Of a stretch of DNA of 62,627 nucleotides, positions 33,885-43,250 are shown piece after piece (position 1 is the stretch's first letter; the number at the start of each line of letters is the position of its first letter). The stretch is from assembly GCA_035251315.1 (NCBI GenBank), contig DATFEI010000296.1, forward strand, positions 1 to 62,627. Reading direction: 5' to 3'. A program made the position numbers and the translations under genes. The stretch is from Burkholderiales bacterium (GTDB taxonomy: Bacteria > Pseudomonadota > Gammaproteobacteria > Burkholderiales > SG8-39). The notes beneath the pieces were generated by a model. The model did no database searches. It was not told the DNA's origin and saw only the letters and a program-made list of their open reading frames with translations.

Positions 33885-35384
33885 ATGACGGTCGCTACGG
33901 TTGCGAGCCGTGCGCTTGCGGGTATCGATGCGCCCGAAGTAAGCGTCGAGGTTCACCTCGGCCCCGGCCTGCCCGCCTTTCACATCGTCGGGCTGCCCGA
34001 TGCGGAGGTGCGTGAGGCGCGCGATCGCGTGCGCGCGGCGCTCAACCACGCACACTTCGAATTCCCCGCGCGCCGTATCACCGTCAACCTAGCACCCGCA
34101 GAGTTGCCTAAGGACTCCAGCCGCTTTGACCTGCCGATTGCACTTGGCATCCTCGCCGCGAGCGGTCAGCTCGCGCCACAGGCGCTCGCTGGCCAGGAGT
34201 TCGCGGGCGAGCTTTCGCTGACCGGGGAACTGCGGGCGATAAGGGGTGCGCTCGCCATGGCGCTTTCAGCGCGAGCAGCGCGGCGCGCCTTCGTCCTTCC
34301 GGAAGGCAACGCTCCGCAGGCTGCGCTCGCCGAGGGCGCCCGGATTCTGCCGGCGCGAACGCTGCTCGAGGTCGTGGCGCATCTTGCTGGCGAAGCGGCG
34401 CTTGAACCGTACAGCGGCGAAGCCCGTTGTTCCGTCGGCACGTACGCCGATTTCAGCGAAGTAAAGGGGCAGCAACAGGCGAAGCGCGCGCTCGAGGTCG
34501 CCGCGGCCGGCGGCCACAGTATGCTTATGGTCGGGCCGCCGGGTACCGGCAAGTCGATGCTTGCTGCGCGCTTCCCGGGCATCCTGCCCGAGCTTTCGGA
34601 GGCAGAGGCGCTCGAAATCGCCGCGATCCACTCGGTGTCGGCGAACGGTTTCGACGCGGTGCGCTGGGGCGAGCGGCCCTACCGCGCGCCGCATCACAGC
34701 GCTTCTGCGGCAGCGCTCGTCGGCGGCGGCATGCTGCCGCGCCCGGGGGAGATCTCGCTCGCCCACCACGGCGTGCTGTTCCTCGACGAGCTGCCGGAGT
34801 TCGACCGTGACGTACTGGAGGCCCTGCGCGAGCCGCTCGAAACAGGCCGGGTGTCGATCGCGCGCGCCGCGCGCCAGGCGCAGTTCCCGGCCCGCTTCCA
34901 ACTCGTTGCGGCGATGAACCCCTGCCCATGCGGGCATTGCGGCGACCGCAGTGGCCGCTGCCGCTGTACGCCGGAGCGTATCGCGCGCTACCGCGGTCGC
35001 GTGTCCGGGCCGCTCGCGGACCGCATCGACATCAAGCTGGAAGTCCCGCCGCCGCGCGAGAGCGAGCTGGTCGCGCCGGTGGCGGGCGAGGCGACAACCT
35101 CAATAAAGCAAAGGGTCGAAGCTGCACGCCGTGCCCAACTCGATCGCCAGGGCAAGCCGAATGCCCTGCTCGGCACGCGCGAGATCGACGACCATTGCGC
35201 GACCGACCGCGAAGGCGATCAGCTGCTTCGTCACGCGCTCGCGCGCCTGCTTCTCTCCGCACGCGCATATCACCGCGTGTTGCGCGTTGCACGCACCATC
35301 GCCGATCTTGCGCAAAGAAGTTCGATCGGTGCCGACCACATCGCCGAAGCGATCCAATACCGCCGGCTCGACGCAAGCTTCTGA
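33885..35384 (+). CDS. comM: YifB/ComM family Mg-chelatase-like ATPase
   Basis: Trimmed to the ATG at 33885 (MTVATVASRALAGIDAPEVSVEVHL). Walker A GPPGTGKSMLA, Walker B GVLFLDELPEF, C-terminal CxCG zinc region. Confidence 0.9.
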   Translation: MTVATVASRALAGIDAPEVSVEVHLGPGLPAFHIVGLPDAEVREARDRVRAALNHAHFEFPARRITVNLAPAELPKDSSRFDLPIALGILAASGQLAPQALAGQEFAGELSLTGELRAIRGALAMALSARAARRAFVLPEGNAPQAALAEGARILPARTLLEVVAHLAGEAALEPYSGEARCSVGTYADFSEVKGQQQAKRALEVAAAGGHSMLMVGPPGTGKSMLAARFPGILPELSEAEALEIAAIHSVSANGFDAVRWGERPYRAPHHSASAAALVGGGMLPRPGEISLAHHGVLFLDELPEFDRDVLEALREPLETGRVSIARAARQAQFPARFQLVAAMNPCPCGHCGDRSGRCRCTPERIARYRGRVSGPLADRIDIKLEVPPPRESELVAPVAGEATTSIKQRVEAARRAQLDRQGKPNALLGTREIDDHCATDREGDQLLRHALARLLLSARAYHRVLRVARTIADLAQRSSIGADHIAEAIQYRRLDASF

Positions 35385-35416
35385 GGCGAGCGGCACCCGC
35401 GCTATAGTGACTCCGC

Positions 35417-36235
35417 ATGGCGACGTACGCGATCGGCGACGTGCAAGGCTGCTACGACGAGTTGCAGGCGCTGCTCGGCAAGGTCTCATTCGACGGCTCT
35501 GCCGATCGGCTGTGGTTCGTCGGCGATCTGGTCAATCGCGGGCCTAAGTCGCTCGAGGTCTTGCGCTTCGTGAAGAGGCTCGCGGATCGCGCGGTGGTCG
35601 TACTCGGCAACCACGACCTGCATCTGGTCGCGCAGCACGAAGGCATCGAGCGCGCGCACGCAGGCGATACCTTCGGTGACGTGCTGGAATCCCGCGAGGC
35701 GGCGGAGCTGGTCGACTGGCTGCGGCGGCGGCCCATGATGTACGCCGAGGGCTCCTACGCCATGGTCCATGCCGGCTTGCTGCCGCAGTGGAGCATCGCG
35801 AAGGGGCTCTCGCTTGCACGCGAAGTCGAGCGCGCGCTCGAAGGTCCTGGCTACCGCGATTTTCTCGAGCATATGTACGGAGCCAAGCCCCACCGATGGG
35901 ACGACGCGCTTACGGGCTGGGACCGGCTGCGAATCATCGTAAATGCCATGACGCGGATGCGCTTCTGCGACCCCGCGGGCCGCATGGATCTGAAGGGCAA
36001 GGGTACGCAGCCACGGCCCGGCTTCTTGCGCTGGTACGAGGCCCGCATGCAGCACGACGCCCACACGCTGCTTTTCGGTCACTGGTCGCAGCTTGGACTT
36101 CTCCTCCACGGCAAGATCGTTGGCCTGGATAGCGGATGCGTGTGGGGCGGCGCGCTCAGCGCGCTGCGGCTCGAAGACCGCACCCTCTATCAGGTAGCAT
36201 GCCCGGGTTACCAGACTCCAGGAGGCGACGCGTGA
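35417..36235 (+). CDS. apaH: Bis(5'-nucleosyl)-tetraphosphatase, symmetrical (ApaH)
   Basis: 272 aa. MATYAIGDVQGCYDEL, WFVGDLVNRGP, LGNHDLH metallophosphatase motifs. Confidence 0.9.
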   Translation: MATYAIGDVQGCYDELQALLGKVSFDGSADRLWFVGDLVNRGPKSLEVLRFVKRLADRAVVVLGNHDLHLVAQHEGIERAHAGDTFGDVLESREAAELVDWLRRRPMMYAEGSYAMVHAGLLPQWSIAKGLSLAREVERALEGPGYRDFLEHMYGAKPHRWDDALTGWDRLRIIVNAMTRMRFCDPAGRMDLKGKGTQPRPGFLRWYEARMQHDAHTLLFGHWSQLGLLLHGKIVGLDSGCVWGGALSALRLEDRTLYQVACPGYQTPGGDA

Positions 36236-36651
36236 GCGATTGCGTGTTCTGCAGGATCGTGGCGCGGCAGATCCCGGCCACCGTAGTGCACGAGGATCAG
36301 CACACCCTCGCCTTCATGGACCTCGGCCAGGTGAACCCGGGTCACGTACTTGTGGCCGTGAAGGCGCACGTCGAAAACATCTTCGGATTGCAGCCCGGTC
36401 AGGCGTCAGCCGTCGCCAACGCAATGCTGCGGATCTCGTGCGCTATTCGACAAGCCTTCGCGCCGCACGGGCTCTCGGTGTACCAGGCGAACGGTAGAGC
36501 GGCTGGGCAAACGGTGTTCCATTACCACGTCCACCTCGTTCCACGCTACGAAGCCGACGGCATGGCGCTCACCTGGCCGGTAAAGAACCCGCCGCGCGAG
36601 AAGCTCGAAGAGTACGCGGCCAAGATCAGGGCGTCATTGTCGCCAGGGTGA
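36232..36651 (+). CDS. HIT family (histidine triad) nucleotide hydrolase
   Basis: Trimmed to the GTG at 36232, overlapping the apaH stop (GTGA). CVFCRIV N-terminus and the triad VFHYHVHLVPR. Confidence 0.85.
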   Translation: MSDCVFCRIVARQIPATVVHEDQHTLAFMDLGQVNPGHVLVAVKAHVENIFGLQPGQASAVANAMLRISCAIRQAFAPHGLSVYQANGRAAGQTVFHYHVHLVPRYEADGMALTWPVKNPPREKLEEYAAKIRASLSPG

Positions 36652-37575
36652 ATAGCCGAACGCGCCGCGGAACCGGTGCTCAATTTCGTCCCGCGTTGCG
36701 GCGTGGTTCTGACCGCCGCGCCGGGCGATCTTGAGCGCGCCCATCACGGCACCGAGCTTGCCGATGCTGTCCCAATCCCAGCCGCGCGCAATGCCGTAGA
36801 GAAGGCCTGCGCGGTAAGCGTCGCCGCAGCCGGTCGGGTCGACGACGGCATCGGCTCTGACGCACGGCACTTCGTGGCGCTTGCCGGCGGCAAAAATCAG
36901 CGAGCCGTTCGCGCCGAGCGTGCATACGAGCGCCTTTACCTCGCGCGCCAGGACTTCCAGCTTGCGCCCGGTCTTCTCTTCGAGCAGTTTGCCTTCGTAG
37001 TCGTTCACCGCGACGTAATCCGCAAGGCGCAGGAACTCGCGGATCTCCTCGCCCGAAAACATGGGCAGGCCTTGGCCGGGGTCGAAGAGGAACGGCACCG
37101 CCGACGCGGCGCATTCGCGCGCGTGCTGCAGCATGCCCTCCTTGCCGTCGGGGCCGATGATCGCGAGCCCCGCTCCGAGCTCGGGCGTCACATGGTTCTT
37201 GTGCGAATGGTTCATCGCACCCGGGTGGAAAGCTGTGATCTGGTTGTCGTCCAGGTCGGTAGTGATGAATGCTTGCGCGGTGAATTGCCCCGGCACCCGG
37301 GTAAACAGCCGCGTCGGAATACCAAGTTCCCCAAACCGTTCCAGGTACGGTTGGATGTCCTCCCCGACGGTCGCCATGACGAGCGGCTCTTCGCCAAGAA
37401 GCTTCAGGTTGTAGCCGATATTCCCGGCCGTGCCACCGAACTCGCGGCGCATCTCGGGTGTCAGGAAGCACACGTTCAGGATGTGCAGCTGATCGGCGAG
37501 GAGATGATGGCGGAAGCGATCCGGGAACACCATGATAGTGTCATAGGCGATCGATCCCGTGACGAGAATGCTCAT
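36634..37575 (-). CDS. PfkB-family carbohydrate/nucleoside kinase (adenosine-kinase-like)
   Basis: 313 aa. GGTAGNIGYNL and the DPTGCGDAYRAG signatures. Confidence 0.8.
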   Translation of the reverse strand: MSILVTGSIAYDTIMVFPDRFRHHLLADQLHILNVCFLTPEMRREFGGTAGNIGYNLKLLGEEPLVMATVGEDIQPYLERFGELGIPTRLFTRVPGQFTAQAFITTDLDDNQITAFHPGAMNHSHKNHVTPELGAGLAIIGPDGKEGMLQHARECAASAVPFLFDPGQGLPMFSGEEIREFLRLADYVAVNDYEGKLLEEKTGRKLEVLAREVKALVCTLGANGSLIFAAGKRHEVPCVRADAVVDPTGCGDAYRAGLLYGIARGWDWDSIGKLGAVMGALKIARRGGQNHAATRDEIEHRFRGAFGYSPWRQ

Positions 37576-38321
37576 GCGGGGTAGAAAAGATAGAGACGAT
37601 AGCTGGTGACAGGGGCGCCGCTAGAGTCGAGGTAGACGCGCAGAGCCGCCTCGCCGCCCGCCGCGATGCCGCCGCGTACGCGTTCTAGCTCGACATAGTC
37701 GCTCGGCAGAAGCACGCGCCGCAGCACGGGCTGGCCGCCTTCGTCGGTGAGCGTGAGTTCGAGCGCCGGGTACTCCTGCGGCAGGCGCGAGCGGTTGCGG
37801 ATCAACGCGTGCAATACGATGACGTTCTGCCGGCGCGGATCGGCCTGAAGATCGGACGATTCGATGCTCAGGACTTCGGCGCGGCGCGGCAGAGCCACGG
37901 TGCATCCAAGCCACTGGCAGGCGCCGAGGAGCGGCGCGCGCGCCTCGGGCATGAACGCCGCGATCTCGGCGCGATAGCGGTATACCGCTTGCGCAGCGAG
38001 GAGAACGGCCGCGACCGCTGTCGCCACTGCCCAGACCCATGCACGCGCGCGCGGGGGCTCGGCGGGCGCCATGAAATTCGGCAGCTGCGCTTCGTCGTAT
38101 GCGCCCGTCGCCTGCGGGGGTCGGGGCGACGGGTCGAACAATCCAAGCGGCGGCGAGAGATCGAACGACAACCGCTCGCCGCCCTTCTCTACCAGCGCGG
38201 CGACGCCGTTGAACACGTTGTCGCATTTGCCGCAGCGGACGGTGCCGGAATGCGCGGCTAGCTGCTCGCGGCGCACCCGGAAAGCAGTGCCGCACGCCGG
38301 GCAGCGCGTAATGGGGCTCAC
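37572..38321 (-). CDS. Zinc-ribbon (MJ0042-type) + DUF3426 membrane protein
   Basis: Trimmed to the GTG at 38321, overlapping the prmA stop (GTGA). (V)SPITRCPACGTAFRVRREQLAAHSGTVRCGKCDNVFNG, one TM (WVWAVATAVAAVLLAAQAVY), then a C-terminal DUF3426-like domain. Confidence 0.65.
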   Translation of the reverse strand: MSPITRCPACGTAFRVRREQLAAHSGTVRCGKCDNVFNGVAALVEKGGERLSFDLSPPLGLFDPSPRPPQATGAYDEAQLPNFMAPAEPPRARAWVWAVATAVAAVLLAAQAVYRYRAEIAAFMPEARAPLLGACQWLGCTVALPRRAEVLSIESSDLQADPRRQNVIVLHALIRNRSRLPQEYPALELTLTDEGGQPVLRRVLLPSDYVELERVRGGIAAGGEAALRVYLDSSGAPVTSYRLYLFYPA

Positions 38322-39127
38322 TTGCGCGCACCTTCGAGCAGAACCCAGCCTTCGTCGCCGCCCGCGATGTGCATGTTGAACCGCGGCGCGTACGCGTGCC
38401 TCACCTCCGCCGCCTGCGTTTCCAGGATCCCCGATAGCGCGACGCGGGCGCCCAGCCGCGCAAAGAGCGGCGCGAGCTCGATCAACGGCTGGGCAAGGAT
38501 GTTGGCCACGATGACATCGTAATCGACTGCGGTCAGCGCATCGGGTAGCGCTGCTGTCAGCGCGACGGCATTGGCGAGCGCATTTGCGCTTGCCGTCTGC
38601 ACAGCCCGGTGATCGATATCCACTGCGGCCACCTGCCTTGCGCCGAGCTTGGCAGCGGCGATTGCCAATATGCCGGAGCCGCAGCCATAGTCGAGGACCC
38701 GCTCGCCGCCGTGGATGGTTCTCTCGAGAAATGCCAGAACCAGCCTCGTGCTCGGGTGGCTGCCAGTGCCGAAGGCGAGACCGGGGTCGATACGCACCGC
38801 AATCCGGTTCGGCGGCGGCCGGTGCCAGCTCGCGCCAATCCACAAACGCTTGCCGACCTCGACCGGTGCGAACTGCGCCTGGCTCGCCCTCACCCAGTCC
38901 CGTTCCACGATCGTTTCGACCTCGAACGCGGGCACGGCAATCCCCACGGCGCGCGCCGCGGACGCGACCAGTGCGTCCGGTTCGCTGCCCGGAGCGAGTA
39001 GCGCGGCAAGCGTCTGCAGCTCGACGCCTTCGAGCGCAACCGACTGCGCGCCAGCCTCGAGCAGCGCGTCGCTAAACGTCTCGGCCACTGCACGCTCGAC
39101 GCACAGCGTCAGCGCGATCCAGGGCAT
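38318..39127 (-). CDS. prmA: Ribosomal protein L11 methyltransferase
   Basis: Trimmed to [11 protein letters not shown] (the ATG shares 1 nt with the accC stop, TGATG). GTGSHPSTRL and VLDYGCGSGILAIAAAKLGA. Confidence 0.9.
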   Translation of the reverse strand: MPWIALTLCVERAVAETFSDALLEAGAQSVALEGVELQTLAALLAPGSEPDALVASAARAVGIAVPAFEVETIVERDWVRASQAQFAPVEVGKRLWIGASWHRPPPNRIAVRIDPGLAFGTGSHPSTRLVLAFLERTIHGGERVLDYGCGSGILAIAAAKLGARQVAAVDIDHRAVQTASANALANAVALTAALPDALTAVDYDVIVANILAQPLIELAPLFARLGARVALSGILETQAAEVRHAYAPRFNMHIAGGDEGWVLLEGARK

Positions 39128-40485
39128 CACTTGCGCTTCTTTTCCTCCTGCGCGAGTTTCTGCTCCAGGTAATGGATCGACACGCCGCCCCGGAGCACGC
39201 GCGTGTCGTTGAGCAGCTCGCGATGCAGTTCGATGTTCGTCTGGATGCCCTCGACGACCATTTCCGAAAGCGCGATGCGCATGCGCCCGAGCGCCTGTTC
39301 GCGGGTCGCGCCGAAGGCGATGACCTTGCCGATCATCGAGTCGTAATTCGGCGGCACGGTATAGCCCTGGTAGACGTGGGAGTCGACGCGGATGCCGGGC
39401 CCGCCGGGCGGATGGTAGGAAGTAATCCTGCCCGGCGAAGGCGTGAAGCGGTAAGGGTCCTCGGCGTTGATGCGGCATTCGATGGCGTGGCCGCGGATTT
39501 GCACGTCCTTCTGGCGCATGCGCAGCTTCTCGCCTGCCGCGATGTAGATTTGCTCCTGTACGAGGTCGATCCCGGTCACCATCTCGGTCACCGGGTGCTC
39601 AACCTGGATGCGGGTATTCATTTCGATGAAGTAAAACTCGCCGTCCTGGTAAAGGAACTCGAACGTTCCGGCGCCCCGATAGCCGATCCTGCGGCAGGCG
39701 TCGACGCAGCGCTCGCCGGTCCTGTCACGCAGCTTGGTGGGCAGCTCGGGGGCAGGCGACTCCTCCAGCACCTTCTGGTGACGCCGCTGCAGCGAGCAGT
39801 CGCGCTCGCCCAGATGTACCGCGTTCTTGTGCGCGTCGGCGAGGACCTGGATCTCGATGTGGCGCGGCTGCTCGAGGTAGCGTTCGAGATAGACCGTCGG
39901 ATTGGCAAACGCAGCCTGCGCTTCGCTGCGCGTCATGTTGACTGCGTTGAGCAGCGCCGCCTCGGTGTGCACGACGCGCATGCCGCGCCCGCCGCCACCG
40001 CCTGCGGCCTTGATGATCACGGGATAGCCGATCTTGCGCGCGACGCGCACGATTTCCTTGGGATCGTCGGGCAGCGCGCCCTCGGAGCCGGGCACCGTGG
40101 GAATCCCAGCCTTGACCATGGCCGCTTTAGCGCTCACCTTGTCACCCATCAGGCGGATGTTCTCCGGCCGCGGGCCTATGAACACGAAGCCCGAGCGCTC
40201 GACTTTCTCGGCGAAGTCGGCGTTCTCGGCAAGAAAGCCGTAGCCGGGATGGATTGCCTCGGCATCGGTGACTTCAGCGGCGCTGATGATCGCAGGGATG
40301 TTGAGATAGCTCGCCGCCGCTGGCGGCGGGCCGATGCATACCGACTCGTCGGCAAGCTTCACGTACTTTGCCTCGGTATCGGCTTCCGAGTGCACAACCA
40401 CCGTGCGGATGCCGAGCTCCCGGCAGGCGCGCTGGATACGCAGCGCGATCTCGCCTCGGTTGGCGATGAGAATCTTTTCGAACAT
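39127..40485 (-). CDS. accC: Acetyl-CoA carboxylase biotin carboxylase subunit
   Basis: 452 aa. [41 protein letters not shown]. Confidence 0.97.
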   Translation of the reverse strand: MFEKILIANRGEIALRIQRACRELGIRTVVVHSEADTEAKYVKLADESVCIGPPPAAASYLNIPAIISAAEVTDAEAIHPGYGFLAENADFAEKVERSGFVFIGPRPENIRLMGDKVSAKAAMVKAGIPTVPGSEGALPDDPKEIVRVARKIGYPVIIKAAGGGGGRGMRVVHTEAALLNAVNMTRSEAQAAFANPTVYLERYLEQPRHIEIQVLADAHKNAVHLGERDCSLQRRHQKVLEESPAPELPTKLRDRTGERCVDACRRIGYRGAGTFEFLYQDGEFYFIEMNTRIQVEHPVTEMVTGIDLVQEQIYIAAGEKLRMRQKDVQIRGHAIECRINAEDPYRFTPSPGRITSYHPPGGPGIRVDSHVYQGYTVPPNYDSMIGKVIAFGATREQALGRMRIALSEMVVEGIQTNIELHRELLNDTRVLRGGVSIHYLEQKLAQEEKKRK

Positions 40486-40953
40486 CTAGCCCAGGATAAA
40501 GAGCGGCTGGCCGTACTCGACCGGCTGCCCGTTCTCGACGAGGATGGCTTTGACAGTGCCCGAGGCGTCAGCCTCGATTTCGTTCATGAGCTTCATGGCT
40601 TCGATGATGCAGATCGTGTCGCCCTCCTTCACCGCCTGACCGACCTCGATAAAGGGCTTGGCGTCAGGCGAGGGCGAGCGGTAGAAGGTGCCCACCATGG
40701 GAGCCTTCACCACGTGCCCTTCCTGGCCCGGCTCGGGCTCCACACCGGGTGCAGGTGCCGGTGCAGCGGCGTGAGCAGCAGCGGGCGCACCCGGTGCCGA
40801 TCCGACCGTGCCCAGGGGAGAGGGGCCGGTGACGACCACAGCCCCTCCTTTCACAATCCGCACCTTTTCCTCGCCTTCGGTGATTTCGAGCTCTGCGATG
40901 CCCGATTCCTGCACCAGATCAATCAGCTTCTTCAGCTTGCGCAGGTCCATCAC
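40486..40953 (-). CDS. accB: Acetyl-CoA carboxylase biotin carboxyl carrier protein
   Basis: 155 aa. Pro/Ala linker and the biotinyl-lysine motif [22 protein letters not shown]. Confidence 0.95.
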   Translation of the reverse strand: MMDLRKLKKLIDLVQESGIAELEITEGEEKVRIVKGGAVVVTGPSPLGTVGSAPGAPAAAHAAAPAPAPGVEPEPGQEGHVVKAPMVGTFYRSPSPDAKPFIEVGQAVKEGDTICIIEAMKLMNEIEADASGTVKAILVENGQPVEYGQPLFILG

Positions 40954-41241
40954 TGCTCCTCAAGGATCGGGTGGGGACAGCTAGAAGCCAGCTTTTTCGC
41001 TGTTGTTCGGCGTAGAACGCCGCATTTTAGTCAAGCAACCTTGCCGCCACCTGTCGTGATCAGACGTCATCTCCCGCCCAGATGCGGGTGTCCGGGCGCC
41101 CTCGATCTTGCGAACGGCGATGAGATCTGTCTAAGCTAGTTGTGATTATTTCGACTTAATGGAAGATAGGCTAGTTTAGCGCCATTATCCTGCTAGATGG
41201 CTACACTTTAGCAGCTCAGACACCATAATTGCTGCAGTACG

Positions 41242-41871
41242 TTAGGACTGTGGTTCGCCCTCCCGCAGCAGCGCTTCCACTTCGGCTACGCCAGCGCGGT
41301 CCATTACCCGCCCCGCTTGGGACGTCTTGAGCGCCAAGCGCTCGTCGCGCGGGTCGAATACGGAAAGCTCTAGAGGCGCGCCCTGCCAAGTGAGCGACAA
41401 CACGCCCATGGCATGCGCGCGGTCGCCCGAGAAGCGTCGACCTTCGTGGGTCGCATACGGGATGCGGCGCTCGAGCAGGAAGATTTCGACCTCCTTCGCG
41501 CTCTCCGGAAAAAGTTGAAGCTCGATTTCCGCGTAGCGCCCGGCCGTCCCCTTTAGCACCGGCCCGGTGAGATACGGGTGGAAGTTCTCGAGGGCGCGCA
41601 TCGCATCGAGCGCGATGCGCCGAAGCTCCGAGATGCGCAGTGAGTGCTCTTCCGGTTGATAGAGCGCTCGGTAGGCGCGCAGCTCGGCCTCGACCTCGTC
41701 GTTCGCTGGCAGCGCCTCGGTTTCGGCCGCGCCAAGTTGGCGCGCCGCCTTGCGCTTGGCGAGCGCGAAATCGTCGATGCCGTCCTCGGCCATGATGCGC
41801 GCGGCGGTCGCCGCAATGCGTGCGCGCATTGCGGTCCGGCGAGTGCCTTTGCGGCCCACGTCTGGATTCAA
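41242..41871 (-). CDS. Conserved-looking hypothetical protein (alternative start at Met15, 41829)
   Basis: 209-aa ORF with coding-like composition and no family I can name. Contains TGPVLKGTAGRYAEIELQLF, loosely reminiscent of a pol-beta-type nucleotidyltransferase motif with Glu in place of Asp. Confidence 0.4.
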   Translation of the reverse strand: MNPDVGRKGTRRTAMRARIAATAARIMAEDGIDDFALAKRKAARQLGAAETEALPANDEVEAELRAYRALYQPEEHSLRISELRRIALDAMRALENFHPYLTGPVLKGTAGRYAEIELQLFPESAKEVEIFLLERRIPYATHEGRRFSGDRAHAMGVLSLTWQGAPLELSVFDPRDERLALKTSQAGRVMDRAGVAEVEALLREGEPQS

Positions 41872-41891
41872 TCATAGAATCTCGTCCCTTC

Positions 41892-43250
41892 ATGGCGGCG
41901 CATCTCCATATCCTGGGCATCTGCGGCACGTTCATGGGCGGAATCGCCGCCATCGCCAAGGCTGCCGGCTACCGCGTGACCGGCTGCGACGCCAATGTGT
42001 ATCCCCCGATGAGCGATCAGCTGCGTGCGCTGGGCGTCGAGCTCACCGAGGGGTTTGGCGCCGAGCAGCTGGAGCTCAGCCCGGATGTTTGGGTGATCGG
42101 CAATGTAGTAACGCGCGGCAATCCGCTGATGGAGGCGATCCTGGATGCCGGTGAGCGCTACGTCTCGGGGCCCCAGTGGTTCGCCGACGAGGTCTTGGCG
42201 GGAAAGCATGTGCTCGCTGTCGCTGGGACCCACGGAAAGACAACGGTTTCGGCGATGCTTGCCTGGATCTTGGAGCGAGCGGGGCAAGCACCCGGGTTCT
42301 TGATCGGCGGGGTGCCCAACGACTTCCCCGTATCTGCCCGTCTCACGTCGTCTCCCGTCTTCGTTATCGAGGCGGATGAGTACGACACAGCCTTTTTCGA
42401 CAAACGGTCGAAGTTCGTACACTACCGCCCGCGGACCGCTGTCCTGAACAACATCGAGTTCGATCACGCCGACATCTTTGATGATCTTGCTTCGATTGAG
42501 CGGCAGTTCCACCACTTCGTGCGAACGGTACCTCGCTCTGGGAGGATCATCGCCAACGGGTCTGACACAAGTGTAAAGCGAGTGCTCACCTTTGGCTGCT
42601 GGACGCCCGTTGAGGCGTTCGGCGTGCCCGACGGCTGGCAGGCCGGGAACGCGGACGCGGACGGGGCCTTCGAAGTCGCTTTCGCCGGTTCCTCCCTTGG
42701 CCGGGTGCGCTGGTCGCTACTCGGCGCGCATAACAGGACCAACGCGCTGGCCGCGCTTGCCGCGGCGCGACACGTCGGGATAGATCCAGCGGCGGCCATC
42801 GAGGCGCTTGGCTCCTTTGGCGGAGTGCGGCGGCGCATGCAAGTCCGGGGACGCGCGAGCGGGGTAACCATCTACGACGATTTCGCCCACCATCCCACTG
42901 CGATTCGCACCACTCTCGAGGGGTTGCGGGACCGGGTAGGCAAGGCGCGGATTTTGGCGGTTCTTGAGCCGCGCTCCAACACCATGAAGCGAGGCGTGAT
43001 GAAGGACTTGCTCCCGCCGAGCCTGGCCGAGGCCGACCGCGTGTATGTCTATAGCTCGGGGCTCGGCTGGGATGCGCGCTCGCTTTTTGCGCTCCTCGGG
43101 GCGCGCGCGCGGTGCGAAGACGACCTCGACGCCTTGATCGGGGCGGTCGCCGCGGAGGCGAGGGCGGGGGACCACGTAGTCATCATGTCCAACGCCGGCT
43201 TCGGCGGCATTCACGAGAAACTGCTTGCTCGTCTATCTGCACGGCTTTAA
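41892..43250 (+). CDS. mpl: UDP-N-acetylmuramate:L-alanyl-gamma-D-glutamyl-meso-DAP ligase (Mpl)
   Basis: Trimmed to MAAHLHILGICGTFMGGIAAIAK. Mur ligase P-loop AGTHGKTT. Confidence 0.9.
   Translation: MAAHLHILGICGTFMGGIAAIAKAAGYRVTGCDANVYPPMSDQLRALGVELTEGFGAEQLELSPDVWVIGNVVTRGNPLMEAILDAGERYVSGPQWFADEVLAGKHVLAVAGTHGKTTVSAMLAWILERAGQAPGFLIGGVPNDFPVSARLTSSPVFVIEADEYDTAFFDKRSKFVHYRPRTAVLNNIEFDHADIFDDLASIERQFHHFVRTVPRSGRIIANGSDTSVKRVLTFGCWTPVEAFGVPDGWQAGNADADGAFEVAFAGSSLGRVRWSLLGAHNRTNALAALAAARHVGIDPAAAIEALGSFGGVRRRMQVRGRASGVTIYDDFAHHPTAIRTTLEGLRDRVGKARILAVLEPRSNTMKRGVMKDLLPPSLAEADRVYVYSSGLGWDARSLFALLGARARCEDDLDALIGAVAAEARAGDHVVIMSNAGFGGIHEKLLARLSARL

Noticed and set aside
39172-41139. 655-aa plus-strand ORF, the longest non-annotated ORF in the window.
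   Set aside because: It is entirely antisense to accC and accB, both certain. Its composition is dominated by A/R/L/D/G/V with no motif. It is a high-GC artefact.
41100-41241. A tRNA, small ORF or IS end in the AT-rich tract upstream of accB.
   Set aside because: No cloverleaf-compatible arms or GTTCGAATC-type T-loop. The longest ORF is about 13 codons. There are no terminal inverted repeats or flanking direct repeats, and no transposase nearby. It is left as an unexplained regulatory or scar-like tract.
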